Shown here: piece by piece, positions 52,401 to 59,323 of the stretch
Layout: the number at the start of each line of letters is the position of its first letter
Numbering within the stretch: the first letter of the stretch is position 1
Assembly (NCBI GenBank): GCA_027314915.1
Contig: DAHUZZ010000005.1
Location: forward strand, 25,713 to 89,712
Reading direction: 5' to 3'
DNA from: Thermoplasmata archaeon
GTDB taxonomy: Archaea > Thermoplasmatota > Thermoplasmata > Lutacidiplasmatales > UBA184
Length of the DNA: 64,000 nucleotides
The notes under the pieces: model-generated
Told to the model about the DNA's origin: nothing
Seen by the model: only the letters and a program-made list of their open reading frames with translations
The model's database searches: none
Made by a program: the position numbers and the translations under genes

Positions 52401-53084
52401 CCACTTGAACCCGGACCGCTCGTAGCGGAGCATCGCCCGGATCGCCGCGGGGATCTCCCTCGGGCGCCGGTAGCTCGCGACCCACCTACGGTGGCCGGCG
52501 GCCTTGACGAGCCGCAGGTAGGCGTAGACGGTGACCAGCATGACGAACGCGTAGAAGGTGAGGTAGTTCGCGTAGCCGAGCGCGCTCGACTCGATGCTCG
52601 CGACGACGAAGGGGAAGGTGATCGCCGCCAGCAGGCCCATCCGGCGCGAGCTCACCTCCTTGCCGATGAGGTAGACCGGGAAGACGCCCATCGCCGCCCA
52701 GAAGGGCGACTGGATGTCGAGGAAGAACGAGCCCGCGACGACCGAGGCCGGCTGCCCGAGCGTCGGCGTGAAGAATCCCTGGAAGAGGATGCCGAGGACG
52801 CCGTTCATCCAGTCGAAGAGCGGCTCCCGCGGGTTGATCGGCGAGAGCGGGTACTTGAGCAGCGGGTCCCGGATCAGGTTCGTGTGGTTCTCCGCGATCC
52901 ACGACATCACCCGCGCGTGGTAGTAGGAGTCGGAGCCGCCGCCGTAGACGTACAGCCAGCCCCACTGGTGGAAGATCGAGTAGGCCCAGATCGACCGGAC
53001 GATGATGGCGAGAGCGAACGCGGTGAGCAGCACCACGACCGTCAGCCCGTGCTGACGCCACCAACCCTCCTGGGACTCCACCAT
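46458..53084 (-). CDS. aglB: Oligosaccharyltransferase AglB/STT3 with a very long C-terminal beta-sandwich extension and terminal TM anchor
   Basis: GSDSYYH, STVAEA, ISWWDYG, DNFQ motifs; many N-terminal TM helices; 2208 aa. Confidence 0.93.
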   Translation of the reverse strand: MVESQEGWWRQHGLTVVVLLTAFALAIIVRSIWAYSIFHQWGWLYVYGGGSDSYYHARVMSWIAENHTNLIRDPLLKYPLSPINPREPLFDWMNGVLGILFQGFFTPTLGQPASVVAGSFFLDIQSPFWAAMGVFPVYLIGKEVSSRRMGLLAAITFPFVVASIESSALGYANYLTFYAFVMLVTVYAYLRLVKAAGHRRWVASYRRPREIPAAIRAMLRYERSGFKWAVFTGVCLGALALSWQGYPFFIAALVGFLVVQMIVERIRRVDSFSLYVLTWVVGLVGFPMAMPYFFVQGGNSLNGFFLSWFEIPLLVFFGSLVVLLPFLLLRDYPWVVSIPAFVLTAAAAVGILFVASPHSFSTIITGQGYFVKTLVYSTVAEAQAPSIDSLILGFGVLTFFIAFVGLGLYAYKLGRQKFRREHTMFFVFALISVYLPITAAKFFLLGSAVFILLAAEVLVMILDIAGYGQLRRNVASLSDRRSQFTAFRRSLKARHFLVMGLLLLILIPNVWYAIDAGVPYNLKSGYNTQIYDTLPAPIRTSAANASTFYLGAAGTSLDTPDQYDSASYNWLASQDTNLPEPQRPAFISWWDYGFQTVGQGQHPTVADNFQNGIVPAGAFLLSQNESQAISVLAIQLLYANQITSGQRYFTSGINRILVANGVNATEVHDLMVNTSQDVPLVIAHPERYLPVDPTHLDPLNAMFMATSWYLADTVPLSGVANLYDDLQAYTGWSIRYAMVDTRLFPVSGSNTGIFYAPADLTDRVIGPGGTPSAFFNVTVLGSDGNTYPAGQVPPTVSAVSYNINRFAPFYNSMIYRVFAGYNGSDIGQSGGIPGLEGAIGSGYYPEPGWMLQHFRAVYITAFYCPHGSTGGNGCVAMNQPEAIALAKATNGTAETVTNGAAGSYYTNGNSILAYYAGQPLLGSVTLPDGAPVAGARVTVYDAFNIPHETTVTAKDGSFSLTLPPGNITVNVTSGSFNGLIQAGSTTLSTTHLYVAPALGYAFDAPPLVRSFTLAPAKISGTLYWNNANNTTYQPPSDTIIPGATVNLWGGGGLPAFHTRTDASGTYLLSNLPPGSYNLSVTYQGSNFTQSPQSFATGDAKNLSIGLTPGQLRGHLLSTVPGGSTGATVTLSQQGGTTATLVTGPNGAFTASSLAPGNYTIRATNPSHDLASVPQSFLIGTNGTHVALNLTLEPMVTVSLVVLSAGSPVANFPVRFTPIVATSALPANQSNASASPPTVNSTTLYSGPGGQIVATLPTGNYSIYAVGYQGGRAYAGFGTAYLSGLTGTIPLEPIALAPAFAVHGFSGPPASGVAPTSIVITANTARGDTISASANLSGDWLLLLPAGTYGLSATAPPSGGTGIGYAALASLAVAGTTFVNLSLSPAMVVHASLGVFERGQLIYPASGALVNVTEEPSGALLTSVADSAGNATFAVPATVSAGASYCVGVTSFGFDPYLACGLDPAAIARLSTIPLDLSTVQLTLSVSGFPTGALIHVNVTAARPPAQTITLAGGSTFSTPIVPGSYTVTAYATTVNGGLYRPPAPLNVTFPPGVYQENLSIVLFHQVASRGVLELPAGVPATSVSLRLTAPGYDQNLTGQQFVTSFLAAPGSYTVFAAASAGNITFANLTHVTVGSTGGVYPALDLSQPGGLLRGNFSVPNGGAVNGTVPVQLTTPGGYTLDTVAIAGSFTALLPEGMTVYPSMTTTVPSVVPGGVTRYTVYTVVPGSSCTQQPNLTICRVPLAAKVLRSTVVGTLTFGAQTTFLPGTIDLIGPYPSANLTTATAVAGGSFSASLVPGLYDLYATSGSGGSRLATVEQVPIGYGDPVDLNLTLGPAWIDTLTLQSTSSGASPVAQVNWTGPDGVGFSLSGLPVNTPTDYALPVGVWIITASSSAAPYGVATPTNGSGTAALMSGNAATRVTLVPVLTPRVGISVQGPDSATIGPGGLASFSLAIANTGSSPVAFHLVGSPSTWTFNFTPENLSLGVVAGNSSAHAEVVIHVPAGTAVAHPPIAIEAVGPGGVLLGVASPAPALVLLPVQGLAIGASPTLGAVSPNSATLPFWVVNSGNAPEGVRLTIADSQRLASLGWTAVVAKGTTPLPGSTTISAGSNNSFSVLLTSPTNSPVPPGSVTVVATLQNGTLESVSTTLTVSELPVSITNGTLTITGPSVGTPPAYPIWVPVALAFVPAAAVAVFAVTYRWWRSRRWTRR

Positions 53085-53143
53085 GACGCGGCAAAACCTC
53101 CGTCGGCCGCGGCGCGCAGACGGGGGGGTCTATAAATAGACTC

Positions 53144-53734
53144 TCAACGCCCGACGGGCGCGAGCGTCTCCTCGACCCGGAACCGGTAGAAGACGCGGCC
53201 GTCCGGCAGCCCGTAGGGCTCGACGCGCACGAGCTGCCCGATCGCGAGCTCCTTCCAGGGCCGACCCTCGATGCGGCCGAACAGGCGGAGCGGCGCGCCC
53301 TCGAGATCGACGAGCCCGACCGAGAACGGCACGTCCGCCTCCATCCCCAGCGGGGCGCCCGCGAGGACGGCGCTGTGGGCGTAGATCCGACCCCGCATCG
53401 GCAGGTCGACCCAGTCGAGCTCGGACCGGTGGCACCGCGGGCAGACGGCCCGGGGGGGCCAGAGGAGCTCCCCGTCCTTCCGGCACCGGGTCGTGGTGAA
53501 CCGTCCGGCCTTGAGATGGTCGAAGAAGGGGTGGAGCTCGGTGAGCTTCTCGTCCTCGGCCGGGAAGAAGTCGAGGAGCGTCGGGACCGTCGCCCGGCGC
53601 GGGCGCGCCCCGGGCAGGTCGGGCTCCGGTCGGCCCTCCACCGGGACCGGGGCCTCGGCCGGAGGAGCGGGCGGGGAGGACAGGTTCGGACGGCGCGGTC
53701 GGGGAACGGCCGAGCTCTCGCCCTCCTCCGACAT
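53144..53734 (-). CDS. DUF35 Zn-ribbon/OB-fold protein
   Basis: RCRKDG..WPPRAVCPRC, GRIYAHS, VGLVDLEG, IGQLV. Confidence 0.9.
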   Translation of the reverse strand: MSEEGESSAVPRPRRPNLSSPPAPPAEAPVPVEGRPEPDLPGARPRRATVPTLLDFFPAEDEKLTELHPFFDHLKAGRFTTTRCRKDGELLWPPRAVCPRCHRSELDWVDLPMRGRIYAHSAVLAGAPLGMEADVPFSVGLVDLEGAPLRLFGRIEGRPWKELAIGQLVRVEPYGLPDGRVFYRFRVEETLAPVGR

Positions 53735-53739
53735 CCTCC

Positions 53740-54921
53740 CTAGCCTCCCCGCTGGTAGACCATGAGCGAGTGCACGTTCGCGCTGCCGCTGAGGTTGTGG
53801 ACGAGCGCCCACTCCGGGTCCGGCACCTGCCGGGACGCCGGGACCGCGTGGGCGAACTGCCGGTGGACCTCGACCGCCTGCGCGACCCCCGTGGCGCCCA
53901 GCGGGTGGCCGCACCCCAGGAGACCCCCGCGCGGGTTCACCACGATCTTCCCGCCCGGCGAGCTCTGGCCGTCGAGCATGAACCGGCCGCCCTGGCCCGG
54001 CGGGCAGAGCCCGAGCGCCTCGTACTCGACGATCTCGGAGATGGTGAAGCAGTCATGGATCTCGGCGAAGTCGATCCGGTCGATCCCGATGCCGGCCTGG
54101 CGGAGCGCTTCCCGCGCCGCGAGGGTCATCCCGTCCCAGGCCGTGAGCGATCCGGCGTTGGCGAGGTTGTGCCAGGAGGCGTGCTGGCCGCTCCCCCGGA
54201 TCCAGGCCGGCGTGTCGGTGAACCGCTTCGCGTGCTCGCCGGCCACCAGGAGGACCGCGGCCGCCCCGTCGGTCATCGACGAGCAGTCCCCGAGCCGCAG
54301 CGGCGGCGCCACCATCGGCAGCCTCAGGAGCTTCTCCCGGGAGAACGTCTTCTCGTGGAACTGGGCCTCGGGGTTCGTGTTCGCGAACCGGTGGTTCTTC
54401 TCCGAGACGGCCGCGAGCGCCTCCTCGGTGGTCCCGTACTCGTGCATGTGCCGCTGGGCGACCATGGCGAAGAAGGGCGGCGCGGTCGCCCCGTGGGGCC
54501 CGTCCCAGGGGCGGTCCATCACGCAGGCCATCGAGGTGTTCGCTTCGGCCATCGAGGGGATGTTCATCTTCTCCACGCCGAGCGCGAGGGCCACGTCGGA
54601 GAGCCCCGCCGCGATCGCCGCGTAGGCGCTGCGGATGGCCGACTGGCCCGAGGCGCAGGCGAGCTCGGTGCGCTGGAGGATCCTCCGGGGCGCGACGCCG
54701 AGGAGCTCGGCGGCGAGCGGGGCGACGTGGGACTGGAAGGCGAACCGCTCGGGCTCGGCGGCGCCGACGAAGAGGGAGTCCACCTCGTCCGCCCGGAGCT
54801 CGGGGATCGCCTCGAAGAGCGCCCGGCCGGCCTCCTGGACGAGCTCGGACCAGGTCGCCGCGCGCACCCCGAACCGGGTCGTGGCGCCGCCGACGAGCGC
54901 GACGGGGCGCAGCTGGGTCAT
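53740..54921 (-). CDS. Thiolase (archaeal/SCP2-type)
   Basis: ELACASG active Cys, GVEKM, DGAAA, EIHDCF, GHPLGATG, HNLSG. Confidence 0.93.
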   Translation of the reverse strand: MTQLRPVALVGGATTRFGVRAATWSELVQEAGRALFEAIPELRADEVDSLFVGAAEPERFAFQSHVAPLAAELLGVAPRRILQRTELACASGQSAIRSAYAAIAAGLSDVALALGVEKMNIPSMAEANTSMACVMDRPWDGPHGATAPPFFAMVAQRHMHEYGTTEEALAAVSEKNHRFANTNPEAQFHEKTFSREKLLRLPMVAPPLRLGDCSSMTDGAAAVLLVAGEHAKRFTDTPAWIRGSGQHASWHNLANAGSLTAWDGMTLAAREALRQAGIGIDRIDFAEIHDCFTISEIVEYEALGLCPPGQGGRFMLDGQSSPGGKIVVNPRGGLLGCGHPLGATGVAQAVEVHRQFAHAVPASRQVPDPEWALVHNLSGSANVHSLMVYQRGG

Positions 54922-56054
54922 CGCTTCTCCCCGGTGAGCGCGGCGACGACGCGGTCGCCCACCTCGCTCGTGGAGAGCTGGCCGCCCTGGTCGTAGGTGC
55001 GCGCGGTCCCGCTCGCGAGCAGCGCGGCGAGCGCCTGCTCGAGCCGGTCCGCCGCCCGGATCATCCGCGCGTCGGTGTGCTTGTCCCCGACGTGCCGCAG
55101 CATCATCTCGACGGCGAAGAAGGTCGCGAACGGGTTCACCTGGTTCTTGCCCGCGTACTTCGGGGCGGAGCCGTGCACGGGCTCGAACATGGCGTGGTCC
55201 TTCCCGATGTTGCCCCCGGCCGCGAACCCCATCCCGCCCTGGAGCACGCTCGCGAGGTCGGTGATGATGTCGCCCATCATGTTCGTCGAGACCACCACGT
55301 TGTAGTGCTCGGGGTTGCGCACCACCCACTGCGTGAAGGCGTCGACGTAGGCGTAGTCCCGGGGGATCTCGGGGTACTCGCTCTGACCGATCCGGTCGAA
55401 GGTGGCCCGGAAGAACCGGCACCCCTCGAGCACGTTCGACTTGTCGACGCAGGTGACCCGGCGGGCGCCGTCCTCGGGCGCGCCGCGCGCGCGGCGGCGC
55501 GCGATCTCGAAGGCGTAGCGGATCACCCGCTCGGAGCCGACCTTCGTGATGAGCCGCGTGTCGACCGCGACCTCCGTGGTGCCGCCGCGGCGCAGCACGC
55601 CGCGGGCGGGCGTGTAAAGGCCCTCCGTGTTCTCCCGTACCATGACCATGTCCACCTTGTCCGGCGACCAGACCTGCTTGAACTCGCCGCTGATGCGGTG
55701 GAGCACGCCGGGGTAGAGCCGGCACGGCCGCACGTTCGCGTAGAGGTCGAGGTCCCGCCTCAGCCCGAGCACGAGCGCGGCCCCGGCGATGTCGCCGCTC
55801 GGCAGGTTGACCCCGGGCCATCCCACGGCCCCCAGGAGGACCGCGTCGGCTGCGTGCGCCGCGGCCTCGGCTTCCGGTTCCCACTCCTTGCCGTGCTCCC
55901 GGTAGTACGTGGCGCCGCCCGGATACTCCTCCAGGTTCCACGGCGCGCTGCCGTTCTCGGACAGGGCGTCCAGGGCGCGGCGGGCCTGGGCGACGACCTC
56001 GGGACCCGTCCCGTCCCCGGGCAGGAGGACGATCCGGTGGCGGCTCGACCTCAT
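54918..56054 (-). CDS. beta-decarboxylating dehydrogenase (isopropylmalate/homoisocitrate family)
   Basis: PGDGTGPEV, LYANVRP, RENTEGLY, VDKSNV, NMMGDIITD, FEPVHGSAP. Confidence 0.93.
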   Translation of the reverse strand: MRSSRHRIVLLPGDGTGPEVVAQARRALDALSENGSAPWNLEEYPGGATYYREHGKEWEPEAEAAAHAADAVLLGAVGWPGVNLPSGDIAGAALVLGLRRDLDLYANVRPCRLYPGVLHRISGEFKQVWSPDKVDMVMVRENTEGLYTPARGVLRRGGTTEVAVDTRLITKVGSERVIRYAFEIARRRARGAPEDGARRVTCVDKSNVLEGCRFFRATFDRIGQSEYPEIPRDYAYVDAFTQWVVRNPEHYNVVVSTNMMGDIITDLASVLQGGMGFAAGGNIGKDHAMFEPVHGSAPKYAGKNQVNPFATFFAVEMMLRHVGDKHTDARMIRAADRLEQALAALLASGTARTYDQGGQLSTSEVGDRVVAALTGEKR

Positions 56055-56572
56055 GCCGGCGCGCGGCCCCCTCGGCGCTCGAGCTCCTGGCGGACCTTCT
56101 CGACCAGACCCCCGGCCTCGAGCAGGCCGAGGAGGTGCTCCGGGAGCGGGGGGAAGCGCACGGAGGCGCCGGTGCGCAGGTTGGTGATCGTCCCGCGCCC
56201 CATCTCGACCCGGGCGGGATCGAACCGGTCGAAGATCTTCCGGACCCCGGGCGCCTCGATGGCCGGCAGCCCCAGGTTGATCGCGTTCCGGAAGAAGATC
56301 CGGGCGAAGGACTCCGCGACGATCGCGCTCACGCCGATCGCCTTGAGCGCCTGGGGAGCGTGCTCGCGGCTCGAGCCGCAGCCGAAGTTGACCCCGGCCA
56401 CCAGGAGGTCGCCCGACTTCGCCTGGCCGGCGAACTCGGGGAGCGCGATCTCGAGGACGTGCTTCTTGAGCTCGTCCGGATCGATGATCGTGAGGTACTT
56501 GCCGCTGATGATCCCGTCGGTGTCGACGTCGTCGCCGAGCGTCCAGACCCGGCCCTCGATGAGGTCGCGCAT
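56051..56572 (-). CDS. Isopropylmalate isomerase/homoaconitase small subunit (LeuD/HacB family)
   Basis: DDVDTDGII, NFGCGSSREHA, FARIFFRNAINLGLP. Confidence 0.94.
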   Translation of the reverse strand: MRDLIEGRVWTLGDDVDTDGIISGKYLTIIDPDELKKHVLEIALPEFAGQAKSGDLLVAGVNFGCGSSREHAPQALKAIGVSAIVAESFARIFFRNAINLGLPAIEAPGVRKIFDRFDPARVEMGRGTITNLRTGASVRFPPLPEHLLGLLEAGGLVEKVRQELERRGGRAPA

Positions 56573-56580
56573 GGATCCTC

Positions 56581-57873
56581 CTACAGGTACTCCCGGGGAT
56601 CGGCGATCCGGCCCCGGATCGCCGTCGCCGCCGTGGCGGCGGGGCTCATGAGGTAGATGCGGGCCTCCTTCGCGCCCATCCGCCCGGGGAAGTTGCGGTT
56701 GGAGGAGGAGGCGCAGACCTCGTCCGGCGCCAGGATGCCCATGTTGCCGCCGAAGCAGGCCGAGCAGCTCGAGTTGGTGAAGACCGCGCCGGACCGGGTG
56801 AAGACCTCGATGAGCCCCTCGTGCAGGGCCTGCTCGTAGATCTTGGTCGACGCGGGCGAGACGATGAACCGGACGCCGGGGGCGACCTGCTGGCCCTTCA
56901 TGATCCGGGCCCCCTCGCGGAGGTCCTCGATCCGCGCGTTGGTGCACGAGCCCAGGAAGACCTGGTCCACGCCCACCCCTTCCTTCACGACGTCGGGCAG
57001 CGGACGGACGTTGTCCGGGGAGTACGGGCAGGCCACCATCGGCGGCATCCCCTCGACGTCGATCGAGAGGGTCCGCTCGTAGGAAGCGTCCGGGTCGGCC
57101 CGCACCGGGTGCATCGCGTGCTTGGCGATGGGCCGCACGTACTCCATCGTCGTCGCGTCCGCCGCGATGAGGCCGCACTTCGCCCCCATCTCGGTCGTCA
57201 TGTTGCAGATGGTGAACCGGTCGGTCATCGGGAGCGCCTCGATGGTGGGCCCGGTGTACTCCACCGACTTGTAGGTCGCTCCGGTCGTCTTGATCTCGCC
57301 GAGGACCCGGAGCACCAGGTCCTTCGCGGTGACCCCAGGACCGAGCTTCCCGTGGACGTCCACGCGGATCGTCGAGGGGACCTTGAGCCAGAGCCGGCCG
57401 AGGGCGAGCACCGCGGCCATCTCCGTGGGGCCGATCCCCGCCGCCACGGCCCCCATGGCCCCGAGCATGTTCGTGTGGGAGTCGGTCCCCACGGCGAGGT
57501 CACCGGGGACCACCCAGCCGTCCTCGGCCAGGACCTGGTGGCAGATCCCGTGCCGTCCGACGTCGTAGAAGTGCGGGAGGTGTTGCTCCTGGGCGAACTT
57601 GCGGAGGATCCGGTGGAGCACCGCGGCCCCCTCGGTCGAGGCCGGGACCCAGTGGTCGATGGCGATCACGACCCGGTCGGGGTCCCAGACGCGCGGCGCG
57701 CCCATCTGGTGGAAGGGCCCGACCGTCTGGGCGCCCTGCTCGTGCATCATCGCGAGGTCCACCTGGCCCTCCACGATCTGGCCGGGGACCACCCGCTCGA
57801 GGCCCGAGGCCCGGGCCAGGATCTTCTCGGCCAGGGTCATCCCGCCGTTCGGGCCGCTCGTTCTTCCGCTCAT
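56581..57873 (-). CDS. Isopropylmalate isomerase/homoaconitase large subunit (LeuC/HacA family)
   Basis: MTLAEKIL, GICHQ, DSHT, GSCTNAR, CSACFG, SNRNFPGRMG. Confidence 0.95.
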   Translation of the reverse strand: MSGRTSGPNGGMTLAEKILARASGLERVVPGQIVEGQVDLAMMHEQGAQTVGPFHQMGAPRVWDPDRVVIAIDHWVPASTEGAAVLHRILRKFAQEQHLPHFYDVGRHGICHQVLAEDGWVVPGDLAVGTDSHTNMLGAMGAVAAGIGPTEMAAVLALGRLWLKVPSTIRVDVHGKLGPGVTAKDLVLRVLGEIKTTGATYKSVEYTGPTIEALPMTDRFTICNMTTEMGAKCGLIAADATTMEYVRPIAKHAMHPVRADPDASYERTLSIDVEGMPPMVACPYSPDNVRPLPDVVKEGVGVDQVFLGSCTNARIEDLREGARIMKGQQVAPGVRFIVSPASTKIYEQALHEGLIEVFTRSGAVFTNSSCSACFGGNMGILAPDEVCASSSNRNFPGRMGAKEARIYLMSPAATAATAIRGRIADPREYL

Positions 57874-59117
57874 GGGGGTGGGACCTCCGGGGCGAGCTCC
57901 TTTACGACCTCCCAGAACTCCGCGTCGGAGATCCCCGGGTGCTCGAAGATCTCGCGGTACTCCGCGAGGAAGGCGTGCAGCTCGGCCTTGCTGTGGGACT
58001 CGCCCGACCGCTTCACGCGCTGGAGGAGCTCGTTGAGCCGCGGCTCGGAGAGGACGATCCCCCGCTCCTTGAGCTTCTCGACGAGCGCCGCCTTGCCCGT
58101 GTGCTTCCCGAGGATCATCTGGCGCGTCCGCCCGAGGGACTCGGGCTGGAGCGGCTCGTAGGTGAGCGTGTGGGCGAGGATGCCGTGGGTGTGGATCCCG
58201 GCCTCGTGGGAGAAGGAGTTGTACCCGACGAGGGCCTTGTTCGCGGCGAGGGGCACCCCGCTCGTTTCCTCCACCGTCCGGGAGAGCGCGAAGAGCTCGC
58301 CGATCTTCAGGCCCGTCGACACCCCGTAGAGCGATTCGAGCGCCACGGCCACCTCCTCCAGCGAGGCGTTGCCGGCGCGCTCGCCGAGCCCGTTCACGCA
58401 CACGTGGGGACAGGTGACGCCGACCTCGAGCGCCGTCAGGGTGTTCGCCGTGGCCAGGCCGAAGTCGTTGTGGCAGTGGACCGACCAATCCGCGGGGCCG
58501 ATCCGGCGCTTGAACTCGTTCAGGTACCAGCGGAAGGTGAGCGGAGTCATGATCCCGACCGTGTCGGAGATGACGAGCCGGTCGGCGCCGGCCTCCCGGA
58601 CGGCGCGGTAGAGCCGCTCGACGAAGTCGAAGGGGGCGCGCACGGTGTCCTCGGTCACGAACGCCACATGGAGCCCGGCGGACTTCGCCTGCCGAACGCA
58701 GCGGACCGACGCGTCGAGCACCTGCTCCTGCGTCATCTTGAGCTTGTAGCGGAGGTGCACCTCGCTCGCCGCGACGAAGATGGCCGCGTGGCTCGCGCCG
58801 CTCTCGATGACCGCGTCGACGTCGCCCGGGACCGTGCGCGCGGAGGCGAGGATCTTCGACCGGAGCCCGGCATGGGCGAGCCGGTGCACCGAGGCCGCCT
58901 CCTGCTCGGAGACCACCGGGATCCCGGCGTCGATGACGTGGAGTCCCACCTCGCTGAGCTTCTCGGCGATGGCGAGCTTCTCCTCGACGGAGAAGTGGAC
59001 CCCCGGCATCTGCTCGCCGTCGCGGAGCGTCTCGTCCCAGAAGACGATCGGCTCCGCGAAGTGCCGCTCCGCCGCCGTCTTGAGATGGTAGGATTCGACG
59101 AGCGGTGGAGCGCTCAT
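57870..59117 (-). CDS. DRE-TIM 2-oxoacid/acetyl-CoA condensing synthase (homocitrate/isopropylmalate/citramalate family), no LeuA regulatory domain
   Basis: DETLRDGEQ, HCHNDFG, GLGERAGN, HEAGIH, LGKHTG; about 415 aa. Confidence 0.92.
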   Translation of the reverse strand: MSAPPLVESYHLKTAAERHFAEPIVFWDETLRDGEQMPGVHFSVEEKLAIAEKLSEVGLHVIDAGIPVVSEQEAASVHRLAHAGLRSKILASARTVPGDVDAVIESGASHAAIFVAASEVHLRYKLKMTQEQVLDASVRCVRQAKSAGLHVAFVTEDTVRAPFDFVERLYRAVREAGADRLVISDTVGIMTPLTFRWYLNEFKRRIGPADWSVHCHNDFGLATANTLTALEVGVTCPHVCVNGLGERAGNASLEEVAVALESLYGVSTGLKIGELFALSRTVEETSGVPLAANKALVGYNSFSHEAGIHTHGILAHTLTYEPLQPESLGRTRQMILGKHTGKAALVEKLKERGIVLSEPRLNELLQRVKRSGESHSKAELHAFLAEYREIFEHPGISDAEFWEVVKELAPEVPPP

Positions 59118-59158
59118 ATCGACCCGAATGGAGCGGGAGAACCGAGATAAGTTTGTCG

Positions 59159-59183
59159 AGCGTACCACCGTGATTCGTACGCT
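59159..59183. promoter_or_regulatory. Inverted repeat AGCGTAC-N11-GTACGCT, operator candidate
   Basis: Perfect 7-bp arms just upstream of the BRE/TATA (minus strand CAAACTTATC) of the synthase operon; a third CGTAC at ~59186. Confidence 0.5.
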
Positions 59184-59323
59184 AACGTACCTCCGGCGGG
59201 CGCCGCCCGGGGACGGCCGTGCGCGAAAAACCGGCGGGCGCGGCCCCCGCGGCTCCGACGTTAAATACGCGCGGAGATTGAAATGAGCGAAAGGAACCCG
59301 GAGCGATCCGGTGACCGCCGTCC

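Noticed and set aside
47061-53135. Very long antisense ORFs (2024 aa here; also 41576..45073, 2706..5675, 20390..22813, 34055..36406)
   Set aside because: They are shadow frames of genuine high-GC genes, with R/G/D/V-biased composition and no motifs.
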